A DNA stretch of 64,000 bases from Eledone cirrhosa (Eukaryota), in the NCBI GenBank assembly GCA_964016885.1, contig OZ024758.1:7874001-7938000 (forward strand), read 5' to 3'. The position numbers and the translations under genes were made by a program. Below the pieces are notes generated by a model. It was not told the DNA's origin. It saw only the letters and a program-made list of their open reading frames with translations, and ran no database searches. This document shows, in pieces, positions 27,065 to 39,987 of the stretch; position 1 is the stretch's first letter, and each line of letters opens with the position of its first letter.

Positions 27065-27378
27065 CCTTTAGCATTTAAACCAGCCATAACTCTCTCGCCC
27101 TTTTCAGTTCAAACCAGCTGTAATTGGCTGCTCATACTTATGTTAAAATGTTGTTCTCAAAATAAATGCCATCAAAATTTTATAATTTTGATATGTGAGA
27201 TAAAGCCTTTACCGTGAAAATACAATAGTATATATAGAGTAATGTAAATGTTATGTGAGGTAAAGCATTTACTGTGAAAATACAATAGTAAATATAGAGT
27301 AATGTAAATGTTATGCGAGATAAAGCCTTTACTGTGAAAATACAATAGTAAATATAGAGTAATGTAAATGTTAAAGGG
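27065..27378. mobile_element. TTAA MITE, family A, with an internal 60-bp triplication
   Basis: cctttagcatttaaacc ... (taaagccttt...aatgtaaatgtta)x3 ... aaggg|TTAA. Confidence 0.85.
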
Positions 27379-27673
27379 TTAAACAAGCAAATGTTAAAAT
27401 ATGTGTTGTACCGTGAAAATAATTTGTCTCGAAACCGTTCTTAAAAACTCATTAATGGGGCCATATTTGCCGTGCTGATGTAAATGTATTGTAACTCTCT
27501 TATCTGCTATATCATAATTCTTTAGGGGCAAATCTTTGTCAATTTAAGTTGTATTTAAACCTTTGTTCAGTAATGAAAACTGTATTAGTCAGAACACAAT
27601 GTTACTACAACAGCTCTGCTTCTTTTATTTCTTGTTGTTCCTCTGTAAGTCCTTGTTTATGATTTGAATTGTA

Positions 27674-27954
27674 CGAAGGTAGGCTGAAATGTTCATTGGC
27701 TGACTATGAAGGAGTGATGTTAGTGCTATGAAATCTTGCATGCATTAATTCAACTTTTGAATAACTGCATTGTTTCTTTCTAGGGACTATGTTGAAAAAT
27801 AAGTCTCATATGGTCATTCCATGAGAGTATCATGGTCAGCCAATGAAGGAGTGATGATAGAGCTGTGAAATCTTGCATGCATAAATTTCAAGTCTCATTT
27901 GGTCATTTCATGAGAGTATCTTGGTCAGCCTATGAACTTGTTAGCCAACCCTCC
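27674..27954. mobile_element. Mariner-type MITE with internal duplication
   Basis: TA|cgaaggtaggctgaaatgttcattggctgac ... gtcagcctatgaacttgttagccaaccctcc|TA; same family as 58253 and 62734. Confidence 0.8.
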
Positions 27955-28207
27955 TATATACTTTCTCATCTAGATCAGTAAAATAACATAGATTAGATTC
28001 TTCTTTACCCCTACATTACTTTTGTAACTGGACAAATGTTTTAGGGAGTGTTGTGGAATATTACTTACTTAAAAGTATCGTTATTGGAATAAGTGAGGTG
28101 ATTTCAGGTGTTTTGATACTGAACCGATTGAAATATCTGGTCCATCCTTCTGACAACTGGATGGTGATAACCAAATAAATGTAAAAGTTATTCCTTAACA
28201 AATAAAA

Positions 28208-28652
28208 TTGAGCTCATCTCACATGGTGACTGAGCTTATCTCAGATAGAAGTTGAGTTTATTCCACATGGTGACTGAGCTTATCTCACATGGAAGTTGAG
28301 CTAATCCCATAGGGAAATTAAGCTTCTCACATAGAGATTGAGCTTACCCCACATCATGATTGAGTTTCTGCCAAATGGAGATTGAATTTATTTCATATGG
28401 TGACTGAATTTATCTCACATGGAGATTGAATTTATCTCATATGGTGACTGAATTTATCTCACATGGGGATTGAATTTATCTCACATGGGGTTTGAATTTA
28501 TCTCACATGGGGATTGAATTTATCTCACATGGAGATTGAATTTATCTCACATGGGGATTGAGTTTACCCCACATGGAGATTAAATTTATCTCACATTGAG
28601 GTTGAGCTCCTGCCACATGGGGATTGAATTTATCTCACATGGAGATTGAACT
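28208..28652. repeat. Degenerate minisatellite, ~22-bp unit
   Basis: atggggattgaatttatctcac. Confidence 0.9.
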
Positions 28653-29249
28653 TAATCTATATTCTGAAACAAATTGAAACCTGCCCTTCATTCCTCATTT
28701 ACTAAAATAATGATTAAGTAAATTCATGAACTAAAATGTTCACCTGTTTAACACATTCAACATGTGTATCGTGCATGATTGATGAGACATACCTGCTATT
28801 TAAAACAAATTTTATAAGGTATCTTCTCATTTTTACTGATACTTAATGAAGAAATTCCATTTAATAATTATTTTAAATTATATATTTTTTATCTTTAATA
28901 TATTTCTGTTGACAGATGTATTTGTGTTTTCAGACTAAATTGAAAATAAATATAACGAAAATACACTTAACACTCCTCCCATTAAACTTTCAATTTTTTT
29001 AAGTTTCAACTTGTTTATTTTAAAAACAATGGGATCAGCTTTAATTAGGTTTTCAAAATATTTTTGAAACATTATAGAAATATTAAAATCACAAGCTGAG
29101 AGTTTATCAAGTGATTTAATATGAAATTTTCAACAAATTTTTCTTGCTTCAAGCTTTTAACCATTCGTGAGTAATGGAAATATTTCTTCCTGATTTGATA
29201 TATAATTGCCTATGAAAAATTGATAGCTACTCATTAAGATGGAAATGGA

Positions 29250-29565
29250 TATGTATACATACATACACACTTATATGTGCACATATGCATACATATATAC
29301 ATTTATATATATATATATATATATGCACATACATAGATTCATATGTACATGCATATCTACATACATACATTCATACATATGTACATACATAAATTCATAT
29401 GTACATACATATATACATTTATATATGCACATACATATATGTACATACATAGATTCATATGTACATATATACATTCATATGTACATATATACATTCATAT
29501 GTACATATATACATTCATATGTACATATATACATTCATACATATATTCATACATTTATTCATACA
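29250..29565. repeat. AT/CA-rich microsatellite
   Basis: catatatacattcatatgta-type repeats. Confidence 0.9.
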
Positions 29566-30345
29566 GACATCATTATGTTTTTTATGTCTGCTTCTCCATG
29601 TTGGTATTAGTTGTACAAGAATTTCTGAGATATTATTTTACAGTTTGATGCCCTTTTTGATGCCAACCCATATTATATTTCCCAGAATGGTTTACACCAA
29701 TGATGTCCATTGAAACACTAAACTGTTGGATCTATTATTTACATAGAGTATAAATAAACATCACTATTTGCTTTTGAAAGGTTGATATGAAGAGGTTATG
29801 TGAGATTAGACACACATACACACGCACATGCACACACATACATGCACACACATACACATGCGCACACACACACACATGCACACAATAGGCATCTTTCCAT
29901 TTAACCAATTTATTCACAGCTATTGGTTGGCTTGAGGCTATAGTAGAAGACACCCAAACTACCACATAATGGTATAGACATGAAACCACATTATTGTGAA
30001 GCAAGCCTTTTAACCACTCAACCATGCCCCCTGTCTGTCTGTCTGTCTGTCTGGCTGGCTGGACGAAGTGTGTCCAGCCATGGAAAACTTGCCAAAAAAA
30101 AAAAGGTCAAGGGATTTTTTTCAGTTGTGCCAAAGATTGACAACCTCCCTAGTGATGGTGTGGTGGTAAAAATGCTTCCAGTACACTATATAGATTGTGG
30201 GATCATATGTAGGTGATCCCTGGTACATCTGAAAGCTCAGAAGCTAGGACTTGGCTCTGATTTGGTCTGTGATCTCCCCCCCCCCCCCCAAACCCTTGCT
30301 AAGAGGGAAACATGTTAAATGATGCTGATGATATATACAAGGAGA

Positions 30346-30858
30346 GAAGCTAGATCTCTGGTGTATCTACCAAAGTGTGAGGCTAGATCTCTGGTATTTC
30401 TACCAAAGTGTGAGGCTAGATCTCTGGTATTTCTACCAAACTGTGAAGCTAGATCTCTGGTGTATCTACCAAAGTGTGAAGCTAGATCTCTGGTATTTCT
30501 ACCAAACTGTGAAGATATATGTCAGATATATCTACCAAAGTGTGAAGCTATATGTCAGATATATCTACCAAACTGTGAAGCTATATGTCAGATATATCTA
30601 CCAAAGTGTGAAGCTATATGTCAGATATATCTACCAAACTGTGAAGCTATATGTCAGATATATCTACCAAACTGTGAAGCTATATGTCAGATATATCTAC
30701 CAAAGTGTGAAGATATATGTCTGGTGTATCTACCAAACTGTGAAGCTATATCTCGTATATCTCTTGTGTATTTACCAAACTGTGAAGCTATATGTCAGGT
30801 ATATTTACCAAACTGTGAAGCTACATCCCTAGTGTATCTACCAAAGTGTGAAGCTAGA
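30346..30858. repeat. Minisatellite, 33-bp unit, about 15 copies
   Basis: tgtgaagctatatgtcagatatatctaccaaa(c/g); unit type changes along the array. Confidence 0.95.
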
Positions 30859-31438
30859 AGAGGTTTACACATGTTCTCTGATGAGAAGATCTGAAGCATC
30901 TGTTGTTCCAGATTGGCAATGTGTTAGAGAGAATGAGAGACTCATGTTTGATTGGAAGAAGTTTGTAGAGAATTTGTAGGACAGGGGTGATGCACTAGAG
31001 AGAGAGAGAGAGAGAGCAAGAGGCAACTACAGAGACACCAGATTGATTAGGAACAGAATTAGACTAAATGAGACACAGTTAAGGCTAGACTGGGTACCAT
31101 CATTGCTCCTTTGCTTGGGAGACATTTGTAGAATTATGATGATAATAGTGGTGTTGGTGATTGTGATGATGATGGTAGTGGTGTTGGTGATTGTAGTGAT
31201 AGTGATGATGATGGTGGTGATGATGATGGCGGTGGTGGTGGTGGCGGCAGTGGTGGTGACGGTGGTGATGATGATGGTGGTAGTGATGTGTCCCTCTGCC
31301 AATGTTGGAAATCAATATCCTGTTCTGTAGTTTTGGTCAACTATTTAAACATGGCTGCACTTGTTTTTAACCAGTTATTCCTAATGGTTCTTATTTTTGG
31401 ATTTCAAGGTGAAATCTGCAGAAATGTTAGTAAATAAG

Positions 31439-31850
31439 CTCTCTCTCTCTCTCTCTCTCTCCCACTCTTCTCTCTCCCACTCTTCTCTCTCCCACTCTTC
31501 TCTCTCCCACTCTTCTCTCTCCCTCTCTCTCTCTCCCACTCTTCTCTCTCCCACTCTTCTCTCTCCCACTCTTCTCTCTCCCTCTCTCTCTCTCCCACTC
31601 TTCTCTCTCCCACTCTTCTCTCTCCCACTCTTCTCTCTCCCACTCTTCTCTCTCCCACTCTTCTCTCTCCCACTCTTCTCTCTCCCTCTCTCTCTCTCCC
31701 ACTCTTCTCTCTCCCACTCTTCTCTCTCCCATTCTCTCTCTCCCTCTCCCATTCTCTCTCTCCCTTTTCTCTCTCCTCTCCCCCACTCTCTCTCTCCCAT
31801 TCTCTCTCTCCCTTTTCTCTCTCCACTCTCCCACTCTCTCTCTCCCTTTT

Positions 31851-31890
<40 letters not shown>

Positions 31891-32015
31891 CCCCTCTCTC
31901 TCTCTCCTCTCTCCCACTCTCCCTCTCTCCTCTCTCCCACTCTCCCTCTCCCCTTTTTCTCTCCCCTCTCTCTCCCCCCCCCCCCTCTCTCTCCCCCCCT
32001 CTCTCTCTCTCTCTC
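31439..32015. repeat. Polypyrimidine (CT-rich) tract with a 15-bp subunit
   Basis: cccactcttctctct repeats. Confidence 0.95.
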
Positions 32016-32291
32016 AGTCAATATAGATTGATATGCTGCTGCAAGATAAGTTATAGATGAAGTTAACTATTATCTTCTTCTGCTGTGGCAATGTCTTATT
32101 ATCAGGGACAGTTCTGTGAGGCGGGAGGTCTACTTATACATGGGAATTATCTTGCAGACATATTCAGCTTTCCCTGCCAAGCAGGGTATCCACAAGTGAT
32201 TGACATATTCCAAATTTCATTTCAACTTTGGGTGTCATATCTTGGCATTAATTGTCTGCTTCACTGGCTTAGTTTATTTTATTTTTTTAAC

Positions 32292-32292
32292 G

Positions 32293-32370
<78 letters not shown>

Positions 32371-32629
32371 CATACATAGGTATGTATCTATCTATATATA
32401 TAGGTACATACACTCTTGCAAGCAGGGAAAAGCGGGCGTAAAATGATGATGATTATATGTATGTATATGTATATGTATATATATGTATATATGTATGTAT
32501 GTATATGTATATATATATGTATATATGTATGTATGTGTATATATATATATGTATATGTGTATATATATGTATGTATGTGTATGTATATATATGTATATGT
32601 GTATATATATGTATGTATGTGTATGTATG

Positions 32630-32667
<38 letters not shown>

Positions 32668-32719
32668 TGTGTATGGATATATATATATATGTATATGTAT
32701 ATATATGTATATATGTATG

Positions 32720-32752
<33 letters not shown>

Positions 32753-33135
32753 ATGTGTTTGTATATATATATATGCGTTTGTATATATATATATGTGTGT
32801 GTATATATATATGTGTATGTATGTGTGTATATATATGTATATATATATGTGTGTGTGTGTATATATGTATATATATATGTGTGTATGTGTATATACATAT
32901 ATCTATCTTTGCCATTCCACCATCTCTTTCCTGTTGTAACCACCCTATCATGCTGTTTGTTTGATTGTCCTTCATCTTTTCTACATTATTTATGTTGTCA
33001 TTTATATATACATCTTTATATACACATCTCTATATACACATCTCTCTATATACACATCTCTATATATACATCTTTATATATACATCTCTATATATATATA
33101 CATCTCTATATATACATCTTTATATACACATCTCT
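32292..33135. repeat. Compound (CA)n/(TATG)n/(TA)n microsatellite region
   Basis: Read directly from the sequence. Confidence 0.9.
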
Positions 33136-33226
33136 ACCATCTGACAAAATGATATTAATATATTTATGAAATTTCTTGTTCTTGCTTATATTGTTTTCTT
33201 ATATTCTTTCTATCTTCTCTATTCAG

Positions 33227-33284
33227 AATAGCTAACCAAAGTGTTTGGCAGTTTATCAGTGGTACTGGCATTCTTAGACCAAAG
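33227..33284 (+). CDS. Probable 58-nt internal coding exon, (x)IANQSVWQFISGTGILRPK
   Basis: Long polypyrimidine tract ending ttcag; consensus donor AAG|gtaagt; open frame with protein-like composition; product not recognised. Confidence 0.65.
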
Positions 33285-33560
33285 GTAAGTAGCTAATTAG
33301 AACTTAATTAAAACTTATTCAGTTGTTAACAATTGAAATATTACAAGGAAAAACAAAAAATAAAATGTGGTTCTGGGTTTAAGGAGCTCGCAATCACATG
33401 GTTTTGGTTTCTATCCCTCTGCATGGCATCTTAGGCAAGTGTTTTCTCCCATTGCTTTCACTTATCCAATGCCTTGTGAGGGAAATTTGAGACCCGGAAA
33501 GTGTGTGTGTCATCAGCATATCATCATCGTTTAACGTCCATCTTCCATGGTAGCATGGGT

Positions 33561-33592
<32 letters not shown>

Positions 33593-33595
<3 letters not shown>

Positions 33596-33786
33596 AAAAG
33601 TATGACCCCGATGGCAGAGCTCAAGCCGTTTCGACGGCTATTTCTGGACTACTATTTAGTCCAGAAATAGCCGTCGAAACGGCTTGAGCTCTGCCGTCGG
33701 GGTCATACTATTCCCACTCTACTACTCTAAGTATTGAGTACTCTGGTGCGTTATGGTCAATCTGGTTCCTTACCACATTTCCTTTG

Positions 33787-33787
<1 letters not shown>
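33593..33787. mobile_element. Palindromic element in (TA)n: 59-bp arms, 5-nt loop, unique tail
   Basis: Arms 33593-33651 and 33657-33715 with 2 mismatches; homologous to 3880-4044. Confidence 0.75.
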
Positions 33788-33830
<43 letters not shown>

Positions 33831-33981
33831 AGTACAGATTGAAGTTTAAGAACCTCAGCATTTATCCTATTACAGCATCTTCTGAAACTCAATGTATATT
33901 GTGTATATATATATACAAACCTTATTGAGCCCTCTTGAGATTTTGGTCTTCGTAATATATATATATATATATATATATATA

Positions 33982-34319
33982 TCATCATTTCACCATCATT
34001 TCATTTTACGTCCGCTTTTTCCCTGCTTGCAAGGTTGGGACGGGAACTGATTTTGGCTTGATTTCTACAGCTGGATGCCCTTCCTAACACCAACCTCATT
34101 TACAGTGAGTGCTGGGTGCTTTTTTGCCGTGGCACCTCCACGACCACTTTGCAGTGGAATGATATGGACCCCAGTCCCTATCATCTCATTTCTACAGCTG
34201 AGTAAACTGGAGCTATGTGAAATAAAGTGTCTTGCTCAAGGAAACAACACATCACCCGGTCTGAGAATTGAACTCACAACCTTTCGATTGCAAGGCCAAT
34301 GCTCTAACCACTAAGCCAT
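33982..34319 (-). mobile_element. Full-length tRNA-derived SINE with RTE-type tail
   Basis: Near-identical reverse complement of 12785-13115. Confidence 0.92.
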
Positions 34320-34609
34320 ATTGCCTATATATTGTTATACTTTGGGAGAGTCATGCTGCCAATAAAAAAAACTCACACCTGTAGGTTTTCACTTCAGTTT
34401 ATTACAAATTTCCAGTTGTTTGGTTGGTTTAATAACCAGGTGATTGTTTATTTATTGTCAAATCTTTTTTGTCACACTTTCTGTGACTTCCTAAGTGGCT
34501 AATTAGTTATTTTGTGTCTCTCCTTTCTTCTGTCATACACCACCTTGTTTTTGTGTGTTGTATGTTAAGCTCACAGCACACAAAAACGAAGTATATATAT
34601 ATATATATA

Positions 34610-34892
34610 TTGCTGTGAAAGAGAGAAGCCTGCATTGGTACGGACATGTAATGTACATGGATGGTGATCGCAGAGTGAAGAAGTGCCAGGAAATCCCAGT
34701 GGAACACTTCTGCAGTAGAGGTAAACTAAGAAAAACCAGGGATGAGGTGGTGAGAGCTGACCTCAAATCACTGAGACTCACAGAGGACATGACAAAGGAA
34801 CACAGCATGTGGAGAGATGCTGTGTTGAGAAGGACCCATCCAACCCATGCAAACACGGAAAAAACGGACATAAAAACAATGATGCTGATGAT
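34610..34892 (+). mobile_element. RTE-clade LINE 3' fragment (post-RT C-terminus and tail)
   Basis: KERSLHWYGHVMYMDGDRRVKKC...RGKLRKTRDEVVRADL...WRDAV fits the RTE RLRWxGHV..RGRPRKTW pattern; ends in a (GAT)n tail. Confidence 0.9.
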
Positions 34893-35779
34893 GATATATA
34901 AATATAGAAAACAAATATGCGAGGCTTGAAAAAATAAGTTCTGCTGTCATATGATTAACTAAATCTCTTGAAAGTGATGCCCCAGCTTGGTTGCAGTCTA
35001 ATGGCTGATTCAAGTATAGAATAGAAGAGTAATATTTTTTTTAAATAATGGGATTGTATTGGACATAGTGGAGTCTGTTTCCATTATTTAAGGTTGTCAT
35101 CTTCCTCCATATTTTTGTTTCCTAATTAATATCCGTGTATAATTTATACTTTAGTCTCTTTCAACCTGTTTGTAATTTGAATTAGGGAGCTGCTTGTTTT
35201 GTTATTTTTCTTTTCAGTGATAATTATTTCACAGCTTGGATCATAATAAACAAAATTTATATTTCTTTCTTTCTACAATAAAAAAGAAAGCCATCCGGCA
35301 TCATTGGCATTTTATAAGGGTTATTTATTGTCTCTGCTCTTTCAAAAAGTGTTGTTGTTGTTTTAGTCATGAAACTGCTATGCCATGGGCCATAAACAAA
35401 TGACTCCACTTCCTTAAACAATGTCATGAAAATCTATATGAAGACAGGTCTCTCTCTTCTTTTATCTCTTTCTCTCTCCCTAACCTCTCTCCCTCTCTTC
35501 CTTTCTCTCCCCCTATCTCTCATGCCCCCCTCTCCCTCGCTTCTCCCCTCTCTCTCTCTTATGTGCACGTGTGTGTCTCTTCCTGCATAAACTTCGTTAC
35601 TCATTACCACATGTTTTAACCTCTCTCTCCTTCATTATTACCACATATTTTTGCTCTAACTCTTTCCTTCATCATTACCATGTTTTTATTCTCACTCTCT
35701 CTCCTTTATTACCACATCGCTTTACCCTCACTCTCTCTCCTTTATTACCACATGGCTTTACCCTCACTCTCTCTTTCAT

Positions 35780-35968
35780 TTGGTGGATTGGCAGTATCGG
35801 TAGAGGGTCGAATGCCATGCTTTGCAGTACAGTTACGTCCCTTTACGGACTGAGTTTAAATCTCGCCGAGGTTAACTTTGCCTTTCATCCTTACGGGGTC
35901 GATAAAATAAAGTACCAGTAATGCACTGGATAATTGCTGGCCTTGTGCCAAAAGTAGAAACAATTATT
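35780..35968 (+). mobile_element. Nin-domain SINE
   Basis: Same head, core and tail as 3671-3856. Confidence 0.9.
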
Positions 35969-36383
35969 ACCACATGTTCTACCCTCATTCTCTCTTTCCT
36001 TCATCATTACCACCTGTTTTACCCCCCCCCCCCTCTCCATCATTACCACATGTTTTTACTCTCACTCCCTTTCCTTCATCATTACCACATGTTTTACTCT
36101 CTTCACACTCCTTCGACATTACATATTTAACTCTTTTACTTCCACTTATTCTCCTTCACCATGACCACATATTTCTTTTTTACCCCAACCCACCTTCATT
36201 ATTGCCACATGTTTTTTTTATTGATAGAGGGATTTATTGTGAGTTAAATATCTTTTCCAAAGCCACACTACCCATTGCAGTTATGTATTATTTCTATCAT
36301 CACCACCAGAATCATTCTTATGTCCATGTTACCATCCTGGCATAAGTTGGTCAAGACATGTTAAGGCAAGGCTTTACAGCTGG

Positions 36384-36612
36384 ATGACATTCCTGTTGCC
36401 ATGACATTCCTGTTGCCATGCCATTCCTGTTGCAATGACAGTCCTGGTGCAATGACATTCCTGTTGCCATGACAGTCCTGGTGCAATGACATTCCTGGTG
36501 CAATGCCATTCCTGGTGCAATGCCATTCCTGGTGCCATGCCATTCCTGTTGCCATGCCATTCCTGTTGCCATGCCATTCCTGTTGCCATGACATTCCTGG
36601 TGCCATGCCATT
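36384..36612. repeat. Minisatellite, 17-bp unit, about 13 copies, inside a SINE remnant
   Basis: attcctg(t/g)tgc(c/a)atg(c/a)c directly after tttacagctggatgac. Confidence 0.9.
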
Positions 36613-36749
36613 CTCTTTAGTTGTCTCTTTTATCACACATAAGGTGTAACAATTTCAAGAATCATATGTATGGCATGTTATATTTATATCATGAGATGCA
36701 ATTATGCTGGGTTGACATTACTTTTCAACTCTTCTGAAATTGATAATAG

Positions 36750-37243
36750 TGGAGGCATGTGACCTAGTGGTAAGGGTGTTGGACTTATGATCATAATGTC
36801 ATGGGTTCGATTGCTTGACTGGGCTGTGTGTTGTGTTCTTCATCCTTTAACATTTACATTACTCTATATATACTATTGTATTTTTGTAGTAAAGGTTTTA
36901 CCTTACATAAAATCTCACATAATATCGAATCTATGAGATTTTGATGCTATTTATTTTGAGAACAATACCTTAACATCAGTATAAGCAGCCAGTTATGGCC
37001 AGTTTGAACAGAAAGAGGTGAGAGAATTCTGGCCGGATACAGCCGGTTTAAATGCTAAAGAGTTAAACAAAACACTTCATTTCATGGTACTCCAGTATAC
37101 TCAGCTGAAAATGAGTACCAGCAATAGCTGGGGGTTTAACCCTGTCTGGTGACCTGTCCAGGTGGAGAATCTTGTATTCTCCATCACCTAACACCATGGA
37201 AACCAGGATAAACACTGGCCTGATGAGTCTCCAGGTTCAAGAC
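36750..37243 (+). mobile_element. tRNA-derived SINE interrupted by a TTAA MITE of family A (36844-37062)
   Basis: Head ggaggcatgtgacctagtgg...ttgtgttctt, then MITE, then caaaacacttcatttcatggtactccagtatactcagctg. Confidence 0.85.
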
Positions 37244-37497
37244 TTAGAAATTGATAATGAATTAACTCTCATGCATTAGAGTACATTTAATAAACCAGGC
37301 CAGCCACCAAATTGATTGCTAATTATTCTGAAACTGATGGTCTTGTACTACCTAGAATCAACTATATGAAAAACCCCTTTTTCAATGGTAATGCCCAAGC
37401 ATGGCCTCAGCCTGTCGGCTGGAACACATAAAACATGTGTATATATCGTCATCATCATCATCGTGTGTGTATATGTATATATGTATGTGTGTATATA

Positions 37498-37535
<38 letters not shown>

Positions 37536-37781
37536 CTTATATTTAAGTGTATATATTATAAAATGAAGAAAATACATTCTTTATATTTATTATATTCAAA
37601 TTTCTATACTACACACACAACTGTGAATATGTTAGAGACAGCCCCCAGCAAGAAACTTTGTGTGTTCAGTATATAAAGCTGGATTTCTCAATGTTATCTA
37701 CATGTACGTACACATATATACCTATGTTATGACATGTGCATATATGCATATGACTGTCATAGTACAACTATGTAAAATATA

Positions 37782-37832
<51 letters not shown>

Positions 37833-38680
37833 TCACATGACTCTACCTAGTTATTTTATTATTGTTAAATTTCCAATGAGTTGGCGACTGCTTTCTGTTT
37901 TATAGCAGAAATATAGGAAAATACCAAAAAAAAAAAAAAAAAAAAAAAAAACTTTCCACAGCATATTACATATCAGAAAGAAATTTTTAATGCATTTCAG
38001 CAATGTTTTGTTTTTTATTTTATTTCAACTCAACCTAAAGATTTGTCGTAATACAATCATGTTCCTCATCTTTGTTCTTGAATTTTCATTGTAATAAAAT
38101 TCATTTTATGTCAGTGATATTACTACAACACAACTGATATAAATCTTCGTAGAATTTTTTCTTCCTCACTTCTCACTTCTTCTCAATATATATTGTATTG
38201 ATTTCAGTTCTTTTACATTTTACACATGATATACTAATGCCCTTTGCATAAGCAGCATGTTCACACGAATACACACACACATACATACAAGTGGGCTTGT
38301 ATTCTTTTTCATAAGTAGATTATCAAATATGCAAATGCTTTCTTCACTTAAAAAGCATCCCACGTTTTGAAAATCTAAATTTATGAAACTTTTATCCCCA
38401 CCAAAATATATTGAATGATTTATAAAGTTATTGTTAGCTATATATGGTTTATATTCATTTCCTTTTATCCAGTATTTAAAAAGAAAAAGCTACTCCAGTG
38501 GCTGGCAAAATAAAAGACTATATATTACAAGGTAATAATAATAATAATGATGATTTCTAAGATTAGTCCAATACTACAAATGTTCAAGGTGATAGTGTAA
38601 GTCAATTGAATTGACCTCAGAATGTTAATAGCACTTTTGTTATCTAAGGTGGATTTCAATATGGAACCTAAATAGATGTA

Positions 38681-38791
38681 CCGTAAGTCCTGGAGGCCGA
38701 AGGTTATTTATTATTTCTTTTTCAAATTTTTGGTTGTCAAAATTGTGGTGCATCCTCGAGGACAACGCATCTTCGGCACCAGGAAATTCGG
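38681..38791. mobile_element. Small TA-flanked MITE (Tc1/mariner superfamily type)
   Basis: TA|ccgtaagtcctggaggccgaag ... cttcggcaccaggaaattcgg|TA. Confidence 0.65.
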
Positions 38792-38870
38792 TAAATAAAT
38801 ACCATGGTTTGGGCAGAACTCTATTGCTTCTGTCCCTCTCCTATAACTTAATGTCAATTCCTGACATCAG

Positions 38871-39687
38871 CATCATCACCGTTCATCGGCCATTTTCAAC
38901 ACCAGCATGGGTTAGGTGGGTTGTCCTATTTGAGACTAGTCGAGGTCAGTTGATCGTGTCATGCTCATACAGAACTGATTTTGGCTTGGTTTCTACAACT
39001 AGATGCCTTTCCTTAACACCAACTACATTTATAGTGGACTGGGTGCTTTTTGTCATGACACCTACATGGCCACTTTACAGTGTGAACTGGGTGCTTTTTG
39101 TCATGACACCTACATGGCCACTTTACAGTGTGAACTGGGTGCTTTTTGTCATGACACCTACATGGCCACTTTACAGTGTGGACTGGGTGCTTTTTGTCAT
39201 GACACCTACATGGCCACTTTACAGTGTGGACTGGGTGCTTTTTGTCATGACACCTACATGGCCACTTTACAGTGTGGACTGGGTTCTTTTTGTCATGACA
39301 CCTACATGGCCACTTTACAGTGTGGACTGGGTTCTTTTTGTCATGACACCTACATGGCCACTTTACAGTGTGGACTGGGTGCTTTTTGTCATGACACCTA
39401 CATGGCCACTTTACAGTGTGGACTGGGTGCTTTTTGTCATGACACCTACATGGCCACTTTACAGTGTGGACTGGGTGCTTTTTGTCATGACACCTACATG
39501 GCCACTTTACAGTGTGGACTGGGTTCTTTTTGTCATGACACCTACATGGCCACTTTACAGTGTGGACTGGGTGCTTTTTGTCATGACACCTACATGGCCA
39601 CTTTACAGTGTGGACTGGGTGCTTTTTGTCATGACACCTACATGGCCACTTTACAGTGTGAGCTAGAAGCTTTTTGTCGTGTCAACA
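38871..39687 (-). repeat. SINE 3' part carrying a 48-bp minisatellite (about 13 units, 39034-39660)
   Basis: Unit gtgctttttgtcatgacacctacatggccactttacagtgtggactgg after agatgcctttccttaacaccaac. Confidence 0.95.
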
Positions 39688-39709
39688 TCTAAAAAAAAGG
39701 AGTCTAAAG

Positions 39710-39987
39710 TCTGTCTTGAGCCTGTAGACTCATCGGGCCAGTACTTATCCTGGTTTCCATGGTGTGAAGTGACTAAGAATATAAGACTCCTCCCTCCCCC
39801 TGACAGGATGCCAGCCCATTGCCAGGTTAAACCCTCAGCTATTGTTGGTACTCATTTTCAGCTGAGTATACTGGAGCAACGTGAAATGAAATGTTTTGCT
39901 TAAGAAAACAACACACAACTCAGTCCAAGAATCGAACCTACGACATGATCGTACATTCAACACCCTAACCACTAGGCCACACACCTC
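39710..39987 (-). mobile_element. tRNA-derived SINE (family also at 45845-46075 -, 61685-61965 +)
   Basis: cagctgagtatactggagcaacgtgaaatgaa ... ccctaaccactaggccacacacctc. Confidence 0.85.

Noticed and set aside
37220-37252. ctgatga-gtct...agac-ttagaaa as a hammerhead
   Set aside because: GAAA does not directly follow stem II, no stem I or III, and the motif is the ordinary SINE 3' end
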